Assembly: GCA_002293725.1 (NCBI GenBank)
Contig: DBDU01000019.1
Coordinates: 11,792 to 75,791, forward strand
Source: Patescibacteria group bacterium UBA924
GTDB taxonomy: Bacteria; Patescibacteriota; Microgenomatia; UBA1400; PJMF01
Reading direction: 5' to 3'
DNA: 64,000 nucleotides
Shown: piece after piece, positions 18,279 to 27,787 of the stretch
How positions within the stretch are numbered: position 1 is the first letter of the stretch
Layout: each line of letters opens with the position of its first letter
Program-made: the position numbers and the translations under genes
Notes under the pieces: generated by a model
Database searches by the model: none
What the model saw: the letters and a program-made list of their open reading frames with translations, nothing else
What the model was told of the DNA's origin: nothing

Positions 18279-20111
18279 CTAGCGATCTGCCGGAATGTTC
18301 AAAAGTAAGTAGAGCTTATTGGCGATGTTATACCAGAGTGGAGCTGCAGTTTCAGAAGCCCATTGTGAGCTTTGAGGTTGTCTCAGCGTGACTAGCATCA
18401 CGAACTTTGGTTCTTCAACCGGAGAAAAACCAATAAAGCTAGCAATGGTATTTTCCTGATCGTAGTGGCCCGCAATTGGAATTTGAGCAGTTCCTGTTTT
18501 TCCAGCAACCGAGTGGGTTTTCGAACGAGTCCACTGCGCTTCACCCTTCTGCGCTGCGTACTCCATCATCACACCCACTCGACGGGCACTTTCAGCTGAA
18601 ACAACCTGTCCCTCTTCTACCGGTTGGACTGGGATCTCAGTCTCTTTTTGATGATCGATAACCTTGCTGATAATCGTCGGACGCATCATCTTTCCATCGT
18701 TAGCGATTGCCCCTACAGCCCTGATCATCTGCATGCCCGTTGTGGCAATTCCTTGACCAAACGAGCTGGTAGCTAAGTCAATAAACTTCCAGTCTTTACG
18801 GAAAGGAGTGGGAGTATCTTCTTGAAGCTCAATGTGGGTCGCATTGCCAATGCCAAACTTTTTCAGGTACTCTGTAAATCGTTTTTCGCCTAACAACTCG
18901 GCAATAAAAATCATGGCTGTGTTATCTGATTTGGCGAGGCCATCGATGATGGTGGTGTCAGGGTTGTACGTATCATTCCAGGTACGAATGGTGTACTCAC
19001 CAATCTGACGAGCGGTCGCACACTTGGTACAGATGGTATTTTCGTTAATTACGCCAGCGTCAATTCCAGCGGCAACGGTTAGGACTTTAAAGATAGAACC
19101 GGGTTCGAATGTATTGGCGATAATCGGATTTTTATGATACTGAGATGGGTACTCATAGAAGAGGCCTGGCTCATAGTTGGGATATGACGCCATAGCCAAG
19201 ATTTGACCCGTTTTAGGGTCCATAATGACTACGTCTCCCCCAACAGCTCCGTAGCGTTCGATACCTGTTTTGAGACTCTCCTCAACGGTGTGTTGAATAT
19301 CGCGTCTAATGGTTAAGACCACGTCACGTCCATTTGTGATAGGAGTTTCTTCCAAGTCGTCAAAGAAGAGATGAAAACCTAAAGCATCCTTATTAAATGT
19401 CTGCCGATCTGATTGACCGCGTAGCTCTTTATCAAGTGAGCCTTCAATTCCAAAGTACCCTTGGTCTTCGCCAGCTTGATTTTTACCTACGAAGCCGAGG
19501 ATGTGGGCAGCGGTTGAGGCTTCTGGATAGTCACGAACAAAGTACTCCTCAAAACCGAGGCCGTCTATATCTAGAGAGTCGATGGCCTGTTTCTGTTCAT
19601 TGGTTACCTTTTGTTTTAAAGCTACCCATTTACGACCTGGCTGGCTCAACTTAGTTAGAATTGAGCCCTCTAAGCTCTGTCGTTCCTGAGTAATCATGGC
19701 TGGCTGACTTGCCATTTCTGCTGTAACGTCAACCAACAGGGGCGCAATTGCTTGACTGACCTCCAACGGTGTCTTCTTCATGATGTGTGGCTCTGCAAAT
19801 AAACGATAGACTGGGGCGTTATTGACTAGGATATAGCCATCACTGGTCATAATCTTGCCGCGTTGACCTTGGTGCGTAACCGTCCGGCGGTACTGACTCT
19901 CGGCTTCAGCTTGTAAGCGAGTTTTATGAATCACTTGCCAATAAAAAAGTCTGGCAATTACACCCAGTAACAGGAAGTAGATAGCAAACAACAGAAAACG
20001 TGAACGAAAGTTCGCTTCTTTTTCAGGCGTCTTTCGTTCGGAGGATAGTGGTTTGCGTCGTGAGCCCGCGGTTCCGGAAGGAACTGGGTGGTACTCAAAG
20101 TTACGCGCCAT
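18279..20111 (-). CDS. ftsI: Class B penicillin-binding protein (FtsI/PBP2)
   Basis: N-terminal TM, RG.I..DG, R.YP, SxxK (PGSIFK), SDN, KTGTAQ. Confidence 0.95.
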   Translation of the reverse strand: MARNFEYHPVPSGTAGSRRKPLSSERKTPEKEANFRSRFLLFAIYFLLLGVIARLFYWQVIHKTRLQAEAESQYRRTVTHQGQRGKIMTSDGYILVNNAPVYRLFAEPHIMKKTPLEVSQAIAPLLVDVTAEMASQPAMITQERQSLEGSILTKLSQPGRKWVALKQKVTNEQKQAIDSLDIDGLGFEEYFVRDYPEASTAAHILGFVGKNQAGEDQGYFGIEGSLDKELRGQSDRQTFNKDALGFHLFFDDLEETPITNGRDVVLTIRRDIQHTVEESLKTGIERYGAVGGDVVIMDPKTGQILAMASYPNYEPGLFYEYPSQYHKNPIIANTFEPGSIFKVLTVAAGIDAGVINENTICTKCATARQIGEYTIRTWNDTYNPDTTIIDGLAKSDNTAMIFIAELLGEKRFTEYLKKFGIGNATHIELQEDTPTPFRKDWKFIDLATSSFGQGIATTGMQMIRAVGAIANDGKMMRPTIISKVIDHQKETEIPVQPVEEGQVVSAESARRVGVMMEYAAQKGEAQWTRSKTHSVAGKTGTAQIPIAGHYDQENTIASFIGFSPVEEPKFVMLVTLRQPQSSQWASETAAPLWYNIANKLYLLLNIPADR

Positions 20112-20117
20112 AGCTGA

Positions 20118-20402
20118 TTATCTTGAAGCTACGACAGTGCTCGTGTCAACACGAACGATGTTCTGGATAGCTACGAAGCCTTGAGCCACAGCATCTTGAT
20201 TGAGCTGGGTCATGGAAAGAAATTGCGCAGTTTGTTGCTCAACGCGTCCGACGCGAGCAGCCATCTGTCGTTTTTGATTCTCTAAAGAGGAGATGCGTTT
20301 ACCGTAGTCAATATGGGTGCTGCCAATAAAAACGGTGTGCAAAGCGATGCCAAATGTTAGCAGGCTGAGAAATGCATAGTAGGCAACGTATTTTCGATTC
20401 AT
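20118..20402 (-). CDS. FtsL-like protein
   Basis: 94 aa, TM plus coiled coil, in the ftsL position between rsmH and ftsI. Confidence 0.6.
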   Translation of the reverse strand: MNRKYVAYYAFLSLLTFGIALHTVFIGSTHIDYGKRISSLENQKRQMAARVGRVEQQTAQFLSMTQLNQDAVAQGFVAIQNIVRVDTSTVVASR

Positions 20403-21292
20403 GATTCTTTCTTGGCGAACACTCGTAACTTGGCGCTTCGCGATCTTGGATTGTGGGTAACTTCTGCTTCAGTTGGCATAACGGCCTTTTTATCAAGTGG
20501 CTGGCCATAGCCTTTGTCTTGCCATTTTTGGAAGAGATGTTTGACAACTCGATCTTCACCTTCGTGGAAGCTAATCGTCACGATCTTGCCTCCTGCCTGA
20601 ACAACTTCTAAAGCTTGAGGTAAAGCAGCTTCGATACTGTCTACTTCACTGTTGACTGCCATTCGTAAAGCCTGGAAGACTTTAGTGGCAGGATGAAGGT
20701 GTCCTGTTCTTGGTTTCACTTTACTAATCGCCTCGGCTAGCTCTTGGGTCGTAGTGAACGGCTTGCGAGTGCGTTGTTGAACGATCATCTTGGCAATTCG
20801 ACGGCTCTGTTCTTCGCCGCCGTAGACCCAGAAAAGCTCTGCCAACTGTTTTTCGGGCAGAACGATCAGCAAGTCTTTAGCTTGAACTCCGAGACGCTTA
20901 TCCATTCTCATATCGAGCGGACCGTTGTGAATGAAGCTAAAGCCTCGTTCGGCGGTATCGATCTGAGGGCTACTAACGCCAAAGTCAAACAAAATACCAG
21001 CAATAGCTGGAATATCTTTCTCTGTGCGGAGCCGTTCCCAGGAGTCTTTGAGCTTGCCAAAGTTTTGATTAATCAGAATCAGCCGACCGTCTTGAATTTC
21101 TTGAGCGAAGTTTGCTTCGCCGAAGGCTACTGCGTCCTGATCACAATCGAAACCGATCACCCGTCCACCTCGTTCGAGAATGGCTCGGGTGTGGCCGCCT
21201 CGGCCAAAGGTGGCGTCGATGTACCACTGGGTTGCGTTCACTTGGAGTGCGTCAAGTGCTTCGGTCTTTAGCACACTAATGTGTTCATTCAT
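20399..21292 (-). CDS. rsmH: 16S rRNA m4C1402 methyltransferase RsmH
   Basis: HISVL, DATFGRGGH, DFGVSSPQ, LDMRM, FQALR, NPRSRSAKLR; start at MNEHIS. Confidence 0.97.
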   Translation of the reverse strand: MNEHISVLKTEALDALQVNATQWYIDATFGRGGHTRAILERGGRVIGFDCDQDAVAFGEANFAQEIQDGRLILINQNFGKLKDSWERLRTEKDIPAIAGILFDFGVSSPQIDTAERGFSFIHNGPLDMRMDKRLGVQAKDLLIVLPEKQLAELFWVYGGEEQSRRIAKMIVQQRTRKPFTTTQELAEAISKVKPRTGHLHPATKVFQALRMAVNSEVDSIEAALPQALEVVQAGGKIVTISFHEGEDRVVKHLFQKWQDKGYGQPLDKKAVMPTEAEVTHNPRSRSAKLRVFAKKES

Positions 21293-21713
21293 GTGTTGTT
21301 CCAATCTGTTCGGCGATGGCTTCTGCTTGACCTGCTAAGGTGTCGAGATAGGCGTGATACTTGTCCACGTTCCAGATCTCGACTCGCTCAAAGCTACCGA
21401 CAATTACCACGTTCTTTGTGAGCTGGGCAGTTGCTCGCAAATATTCGGGAATTGCCACTCTACCTTGGCTATCGACTTCGACAGCGTCGGCATCGTTGGT
21501 TAACAACCGCACAAAGTCGCGGTGTGCTTTCTTGGTGAAACCGAGTTGATTCAAAGCTTGGACTTGTTCGTGGAAGTTTTTTTGTGGAAACAAGAAGACT
21601 CCACCGTCCAAACCTCGAGTTATCACCCACTGTTTTTCCATTTCACGGAATGACTTTGGTAGTGAAACGCGTCCTTTCTCTTCAATAGTGTGGTAATATC
21701 GTCCGATAAACAT
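21285..21713 (-). CDS. mraZ: Division/cell wall cluster repressor MraZ
   Basis: MFIG.Y...KGRVSLP..FR, DSQGRV.IP, VEIW. Confidence 0.96.
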   Translation of the reverse strand: MFIGRYYHTIEEKGRVSLPKSFREMEKQWVITRGLDGGVFLFPQKNFHEQVQALNQLGFTKKAHRDFVRLLTNDADAVEVDSQGRVAIPEYLRATAQLTKNVVIVGSFERVEIWNVDKYHAYLDTLAGQAEAIAEQIGTTHE

Positions 21714-21722
21714 TTATAAGCT

Positions 21723-21753
21723 ATTTTACCATTTCTTACCACTTATTTACTCA
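21723..21753 (-). promoter_or_regulatory. mraZ promoter with candidate MraZ-binding direct repeats
   Basis: GAGTAA, TGGTAA, TGGTAA at 10-11 bp spacing; the last overlaps an extended -10 TGgTAAAAT 9 nt before the ATG. Confidence 0.55.
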
Positions 21754-21969
21754 ATAGTATTACAGTACTAACACTTGGTGTACAGACCAAAAAAAGCCGA
21801 AACAATTGTAAAAATGACTCAAAAAGACACGTTTGTAAGAAATGATTTGAGGCCTAAAAATATAGCATTTAACTCATTATATTGCTAAAAATAGGCAAAT
21901 TAACAAAAGATTGATTGATCAATTAAAAAATGAAGAAAAAAGCTAAAAAAGGAAAAAGCGTAGTGAGTT

Positions 21970-23574
21970 CTAGTAACGATAGAAAAGTGACTCTCGGTTT
22001 CGCCACTTTCCGACTTTCAGCCAACTCGACCAGCTCCCCACCGCACAGCCGTTTACCGGTGCAACCTTGAACCAGTACTCAGTACTGGGGTCTAAGCTAG
22101 AGATGGTTATATTCTGGACACCTTGATTTGAAGACTGAGAAATGGTGTTAGATAAGCTGCCAAATCTTTCATCTCCTTGCTCAAAGCCGTAGATGACATG
22201 ATAGTGTTGGACGTTATCGTTGGTGGGTGTGAAGTACAACGTGGTAGCGTTTTGTGTACGATTAATTTGAAACAGATCGGGTACCCCTGCGGGTATCCAG
22301 TCTCCACAGCCAGGTGGTTGCGCTGGAGACGGCGCTGAAAAAGCAGGGTGCGCCTGGCCTGGTTGTGGTGAGGGTGAAGGCGGTGGAACAGGGTCGTTAT
22401 AAATCAGCACTCGGTTATTTCCTTGATCGGCGATAACCATTTGAGTTGAATTGGCAAAGACTCCTTTAGCTAGATTAACGGAGCTAGCTGAGATGCCACC
22501 ATTATTGATAGCAGTTGAGACAAAGTCAGGTTGCCCAATCACGACGTCAGCAGGAGCATTATCAGTCACCGGAATTGAGTTCCAGATTAGATATCTACTG
22601 GAGTTCCGATCAGCAATAAATAATCTTCCTAAGGGATCAACTTCTAAGAAAAAAGGATGGACCGTAGACGCAGTTGAGGGAGGCGAAGTCGTAGCGGTGT
22701 CAAAGTTGGTCTGACCAAGTACAAGGGTTGCTGGTGCTCCATTGGAAGTCGGGACGGGGTCGAAGATGGTGGCACGGAAGTTCCCTCGTTCTCCTACGAT
22801 CAGTGTATTATCAAAGACGGCGATTCCTCGGGGGTTGCTGAGCTTGGTTTGTGTAGTTCCCGGTGAGATAGTAGCAAAATCGGGTTGACCGACCACCACG
22901 TTGGCGGTGGCGCCATTGCCGGTGGGAATGGTGTTGTAAATTAAGATCCGGTTATTCCCTGTATCACTAATGAATAACTTGGTTCCATCACTAGCGATAT
23001 CGGTGGGGGCAAACATCTTGTTGCTACCAGAGCCAGAACTACAGGTAGTTAGATCCGTTTGTCCAATCACTACATTCGCGCTTGCTCCATTAGAGGTAGG
23101 AATAGAGTTATAGATTAAGACTCGATGTTGACCTGAATCTGCGAGAATCAGCTTTCCATTCACATATAAAATACCGCTATCAGCAAGGTTCAAACCATTT
23201 GGGGTACAACCTAAGCTTGAACCGGAACTCATGGTCGTATTACCGATCACCACATCAGCCGGTATACCTGCCGTAGTGGGAACCGTGTTCCAGATTAGGA
23301 CTCGTTTATTCTCACCATCAACGACCAATAGCTTACCTTCGGCAATAATCGCGTCACGAGGTCCACTGAATCCGAACTCTGAGACAGAGCCCCCAGCATT
23401 AATGGAGTTGGATTCAAAGTCGGATTGTCCAACAACTACGGCGGCAGGCTGGTGAGTGGTGTAAGCGGCCACGACTGAAGAAGTACCTAAAAAGATCCCC
23501 AGAAGAATAGTCAATAGTATGGAAGTAAGAATCCTTTTTGAGGATTTAGCCGTAGAGGAATGAGCGAGTAACAT
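21970..23574 (-). CDS. Secreted NHL-repeat beta-propeller protein with Pro-rich linker and C-terminal FN3-like domain
   Basis: Signal/TM; six A.VV.GQ.DF...D.GN.RVLI repeats; PPPSPSPQP linker; L.P.TEYWFKV...NGC. Confidence 0.8.
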   Translation of the reverse strand: MLLAHSSTAKSSKRILTSILLTILLGIFLGTSSVVAAYTTHQPAAVVVGQSDFESNSINAGGSVSEFGFSGPRDAIIAEGKLLVVDGENKRVLIWNTVPTTAGIPADVVIGNTTMSSGSSLGCTPNGLNLADSGILYVNGKLILADSGQHRVLIYNSIPTSNGASANVVIGQTDLTTCSSGSGSNKMFAPTDIASDGTKLFISDTGNNRILIYNTIPTGNGATANVVVGQPDFATISPGTTQTKLSNPRGIAVFDNTLIVGERGNFRATIFDPVPTSNGAPATLVLGQTNFDTATTSPPSTASTVHPFFLEVDPLGRLFIADRNSSRYLIWNSIPVTDNAPADVVIGQPDFVSTAINNGGISASSVNLAKGVFANSTQMVIADQGNNRVLIYNDPVPPPSPSPQPGQAHPAFSAPSPAQPPGCGDWIPAGVPDLFQINRTQNATTLYFTPTNDNVQHYHVIYGFEQGDERFGSLSNTISQSSNQGVQNITISSLDPSTEYWFKVAPVNGCAVGSWSSWLKVGKWRNRESLFYRY

Positions 23575-23622
23575 GACGCTCTGTACATAGTACAGTAGCT
23601 GTCATATTCATTTCAATATTCG

Positions 23623-24435
23623 CTACTCTTTGATAACCACATATGCTTGACCAAAAGGAACTTCTGCGGTCAAGCTCTTATCGTCAGCAGTGCCGGCAAC
23701 GGTCTTCCAAGTGGAGCCGTCCCAGACAGCTACTTTAGCAGCGGTGGCATCTTCGTTAGCACGCATAGTTACTTCAACTGTTCCAGTTAAAGTACTGACT
23801 GTACTTAAGCTGTAGATATCAGAGATCGGAGTACCTGGTAAGGTACCAGGGTATCCAGGAGAGTTAGTAATGATCACTACGCGTTGCTTGGCAATTTCTG
23901 GGCTATCGATTTGGAACTTGGCGTCTTTGGACGCGGCGGTTGTTTCACGAGCGGTGTTATCAATATAACGCCAGTCATTTTTTAGTGCATACTCATCTGT
24001 ACCTGAAAAACGAGTAACTAGAGTCCCACCCTGAACGTTTTGATGGTAGGTACACGCACCGCCTGCGCTACAGCTCCCGAGCAGAATGTCTTTTGAGGCT
24101 GGAAAGGAAGTCAAAGGCAGCTCACCGAAAGCACCTTGGAGCAGCTCACCAGCTTGATACTCCAGTTCGTACTCAACGGCATCAGCTGGTTTCTTTAGCT
24201 CTTCAATCACCAAGAAGATGTTTCGTCCACCTTCTGAGGGGCGAATTAGGATATAGGGTCGCTCTGCGACCGGAATGACATTAAAAGTACTGATCTTTTT
24301 CTTTTTTTGAGCAGTTTGAGGAGTCTCTTCAGGTTTGGAGCGGCTTTTCATAAAAGCATAGACGCCAACTCCTGCCAGTATGAGTACGATAAGGCCGACA
24401 ACGGCGCCTACTATGATCATCTGTTTCTTTTGCAT
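23623..24435 (-). CDS. Membrane-anchored hypothetical protein
   Basis: N-terminal TM, LLGSCSAGGACTY Cys pair, beta-rich extracellular part; SD GAGGAG. Confidence 0.75.
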   Translation of the reverse strand: MQKKQMIIVGAVVGLIVLILAGVGVYAFMKSRSKPEETPQTAQKKKKISTFNVIPVAERPYILIRPSEGGRNIFLVIEELKKPADAVEYELEYQAGELLQGAFGELPLTSFPASKDILLGSCSAGGACTYHQNVQGGTLVTRFSGTDEYALKNDWRYIDNTARETTAASKDAKFQIDSPEIAKQRVVIITNSPGYPGTLPGTPISDIYSLSTVSTLTGTVEVTMRANEDATAAKVAVWDGSTWKTVAGTADDKSLTAEVPFGQAYVVIKE

Positions 24436-24452
24436 ACGAGATCTCCTCTGCT

Positions 24453-25007
24453 CTATTTAACCACATCCTTATGTCGAACACTTAGGAAGTCATAACTGCG
24501 GACGGGTCGCTCTGCGACTGCCGAAGCATACTCTAAAATAGAAGTGTAGTTAGTGTCGTGCAAATCTTGATAACCCATGTGGGTAAAGAGCGTGTTTAAG
24601 CGATCCTGAACGTCTTTAAATCCGCTGGGACTGGTATTAAGTATCTCTAAAATCTGACGAACTTGATGGAAACCATCTTCGTCTTCCACATTTTCTACGA
24701 ACAGTACATCGCTTAACTCTAGGACTTCGAAAACTTGTTTCACTCTTTTCAGCTGTTGTTTGGCTTCTGAGAACTGATTCAAGAGTTGGGCTTGGCTAAT
24801 AATCGGCAACGTCTTCGTTTTCCGGAGATGAAGAGTAATGTGATTCCCTGGTTCAAGGTAGGCCCGTTGGGTTGAGTTCATCTTTCGTACGCCTTTGGCA
24901 ATACAGACAAGCTTCCCCTCATCAGGAGTTAAAACTGTTACCACACGATCAGCTTCGCCAACATTGACGCGCTTGAGCACGATTGCTTCAGTTGTCCAAC
25001 TCTGCAT
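24453..25007 (-). CDS. recO: DNA repair protein RecO (short form)
   Basis: EAIVLK...GEADRVVTVLT...GK...AKGVRK OB-fold N-terminus. Confidence 0.88.
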   Translation of the reverse strand: MQSWTTEAIVLKRVNVGEADRVVTVLTPDEGKLVCIAKGVRKMNSTQRAYLEPGNHITLHLRKTKTLPIISQAQLLNQFSEAKQQLKRVKQVFEVLELSDVLFVENVEDEDGFHQVRQILEILNTSPSGFKDVQDRLNTLFTHMGYQDLHDTNYTSILEYASAVAERPVRSYDFLSVRHKDVVK

Positions 25008-27124
25008 TAAAACTTGGTGGTGAACAAGATGTCTTTATCCATCAGCACCTCTTCTTGGCCGCCGTTGACGTCAAAGGTTACAGGGACAGGGCTGATACCA
25101 CCTTGCTTCCATAACTTAATCTTGTAATCTTCTTGGTTGGTATATGGCACAGTGTACTCAAGCTGCAGCTTGGCTTGACTCAACGGATCAAGGAAGAACT
25201 CACCTTCGACGATGGTGAAGTCGCCTTCATCAGTTGTCTTGACGCTACCTTCACGATAACCCTGTGAGCTAATCAGCTGTGACCCTTTGGGTAAGTAGAT
25301 GCGATTCCAGTCACGTAGCCTAGAGTTAAGACAGAGTAAGCCAGCTTCTAGATTACAGTTGTCACCACGGCGAGAGTTCTTATAAGTGATCGCCACTTTC
25401 TTGTTGATCACGCCATTTTCTGGGGCCGAAACTTCTTGAGCTACCTCATACGTCACAAACAAGTTAGATTTGGCGCCACCTAAGTTAGCGTCAATAATTG
25501 CCATGAAGTCTTCAGCATTGGGATCTTTGACTAGACGACCAGCGGCATTAACTTTCTCAGCAGCGGCTTGGTGTGTCTCATCGAAGAAGTAGAACTGAGC
25601 GTGACGAGCTTGAACGTCTTTCCAGGCAATCTCAAAGAGCTGTGGCCACTGTGTCTTGGGTGCTGAGTAAGCTTTTTGCAACAATGCACCCATCATTGGA
25701 CCTAAGATACCTTTTCGATCTTGTCTGATGTATGGTGTTGGTCTAGTAATAATTTCTGACAAGGCGTAAATAATCTGTGGACAGTCACATTTGGGATCGT
25801 TCTCAGCTGAGAACGTGCCATATCCTGGGATCTCGACTGGACCAAGAACACGGACTAGGTCAGTTAAAACTTGGGTATCGACAGCGATGATGCCATCAAT
25901 ATCTTTTGGCTCACCAGGAACTAAGTTGTAGTTGGTGAGGAACTCTTCCATTGACTTCTTGAAGTCAGGATCGATGTTCATGTCTCGGAGATTGTAGTAA
26001 CTCTCAGTGGTTAAGTACTTACCCAAGATTGGTGGAATCGGAATACGTTTGTTGAACTTCTTGTCTAGCTCGTAGATATCATCAGACTTCTCAGGCGTAA
26101 CTTTACCGTTCTCGACAAAGATGACAGAGTAAGCAGTTAAGAAACCACCGGTTGGGCGAAGCTCATTGTCATTTTGGAACAAGACAAAGTACTTTTTGCG
26201 TTCACCATCTGCACCCGCCACACTAGGAAGCTGCTCAATGACTGGACGGAACTCAGTTAAAGCTGCTGCAGCACCAGCACTCAACTCTTGTGCTTGGATG
26301 ATGCGCGGACGAATGAATGTTCCACCGACGGACTCAGGGTAACGATCAGGATTGATCGTAGCAAGCTCTGTTTCGACGGTGTTTAGGTCAGCTCCAATCT
26401 CATCAAGTTCTGGAGTAATTTTCTGTAATGTTTGCAGAATGAGCTTCAAGCGATCTTCGGCAGTACCGCCGGTAAATGTTCCTTCACCTGTGAATCCGAG
26501 TACGTCTGCATAAGGAGTAACGGCCGCTAGTGATTTAATTCCAGCATTTACACCAGCATCAGCTGCATTGAGACCATGAATACCATCATTGTAGTAGGCA
26601 CTGGCAATCGGAATTGAACCGTAGAAACTCAACTTGTTGTACGTTGCGCGAATATCAACTAGTTTATTCTTGACTGAGTCTAAGCCCGCTTGAGCGCCAG
26701 GCAGATTCTGAGCCTTAAAGGCGTCGTAGGCACTTTGTCCTAATACTTCGGCTTCTTCAGCTTGAGCCTTCAACTCCATGGCTACTGTGTAGGTATAGAA
26801 ACCCAGCGCACCAGCGATGCTACCTAGAATCACCAAGATAGCCAAGATCATTACCAGGAACCTTACCCATGTGCGAGCAAAAAGTGGTTTGCGACTTGAG
26901 TTAGGGCGGCGTGGTGACATATCGTCATCCGTCTCAACAGTATCTTCGCGCCTGGCGCGTCGACTTTGAGCCGTTCCATGTGGAGTATAGACTGAGCGTA
27001 AAACTTCGTCTGTGTGATCAGGGGTTTCTGGAGAGGAGGTGCTGGTTGATTTCATACCGGTTAATGCAGTACGTGCAGGAGAAGTACCAAGGTCTAATTT
27101 TTGTGGGCGGGCGGCATCACTCAT
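25007..27124 (-). CDS. DUF4012 domain membrane-anchored protein
   Basis: TM, helical stalk, LFQNDNELRPTGGF, RDMN.DPDF, IDGIIAVD, GAKSN. Confidence 0.8.
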   Translation of the reverse strand: MSDAARPQKLDLGTSPARTALTGMKSTSTSSPETPDHTDEVLRSVYTPHGTAQSRRARREDTVETDDDMSPRRPNSSRKPLFARTWVRFLVMILAILVILGSIAGALGFYTYTVAMELKAQAEEAEVLGQSAYDAFKAQNLPGAQAGLDSVKNKLVDIRATYNKLSFYGSIPIASAYYNDGIHGLNAADAGVNAGIKSLAAVTPYADVLGFTGEGTFTGGTAEDRLKLILQTLQKITPELDEIGADLNTVETELATINPDRYPESVGGTFIRPRIIQAQELSAGAAAALTEFRPVIEQLPSVAGADGERKKYFVLFQNDNELRPTGGFLTAYSVIFVENGKVTPEKSDDIYELDKKFNKRIPIPPILGKYLTTESYYNLRDMNIDPDFKKSMEEFLTNYNLVPGEPKDIDGIIAVDTQVLTDLVRVLGPVEIPGYGTFSAENDPKCDCPQIIYALSEIITRPTPYIRQDRKGILGPMMGALLQKAYSAPKTQWPQLFEIAWKDVQARHAQFYFFDETHQAAAEKVNAAGRLVKDPNAEDFMAIIDANLGGAKSNLFVTYEVAQEVSAPENGVINKKVAITYKNSRRGDNCNLEAGLLCLNSRLRDWNRIYLPKGSQLISSQGYREGSVKTTDEGDFTIVEGEFFLDPLSQAKLQLEYTVPYTNQEDYKIKLWKQGGISPVPVTFDVNGGQEEVLMDKDILFTTKF

Positions 27125-27163
27125 AGGCAGATAAGTGTTAAGTATAAAGAATATTTGACTATT

Positions 27164-27787
27164 CTACCACTTTGAGATCATTGCTTGTGGTGTCTTGATT
27201 AAAATCTTGAGGTCGTTCCAGATTGAGTGATTATCTGCATACTTAGCATCCATCTTGGCTCGTTGCACAAACGGAACTTCATTTCGACCACTCGTTTGCC
27301 ATGGGCCAGATATACCTGGTTTAACGCTCAAGATCTTAGAGATGTACTCTTTGGTATCAGGGTACTTCTTGGCTTGCTCATCAAGCTCTTTACGAACGTA
27401 CGCACGAGGCCCAACCATGCTCATCTCGCCACGTAGAACGTTAAAAAGTTGGGGAAACTCATCGATCGTTAAAGAACGAAGGACTTTCCCTAACTTGGTA
27501 ATCCGGGGATCATTCTCCAGTTTCCAGTCACCGTTCTTAAATTTTTCTAGTAAAGCTTTATCGCGTTTATGTAAGATCTCGTCGGCGTCGTGCACCATCG
27601 AGCGAAACTTGTAGAGGAAGAACTCTTTACCGTTCTTTCCCACTCGTTTGTGGCGGAAAAGGACTGGCCAGCCAGAGTCGACGTAGATCAGGATTGGAAC
27701 TACAAACCAAATTGGCAAGAACAAGACCATTAAGCCTAGCGCGACTAGAATATCAAGAGCTCGTTTCTGATGTTCGTAACCCAGCAT
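27164..27787 (-). CDS. Initiating phosphoglycosyl transferase (Bac_transf, PglC/WbaP-type)
   Basis: KRALDI, KFRSM, DPRIT, DEFPQ..NVL.GEMSMVGPR, KPGISG.WQ.SGR. Confidence 0.93.
   Translation of the reverse strand: MLGYEHQKRALDILVALGLMVLFLPIWFVVPILIYVDSGWPVLFRHKRVGKNGKEFFLYKFRSMVHDADEILHKRDKALLEKFKNGDWKLENDPRITKLGKVLRSLTIDEFPQLFNVLRGEMSMVGPRAYVRKELDEQAKKYPDTKEYISKILSVKPGISGPWQTSGRNEVPFVQRAKMDAKYADNHSIWNDLKILIKTPQAMISKW

Noticed and set aside
21714-21969. AT-rich gap as possible oriC or ncRNA
   Set aside because: No DnaA boxes, no adjacent dnaA and no stable structure
22400-23460. Repeats in the NHL gene as CRISPR or DGR elements
   Set aside because: Degenerate protein-level repeats; no identical DNA repeats, cas genes or reverse transcriptase
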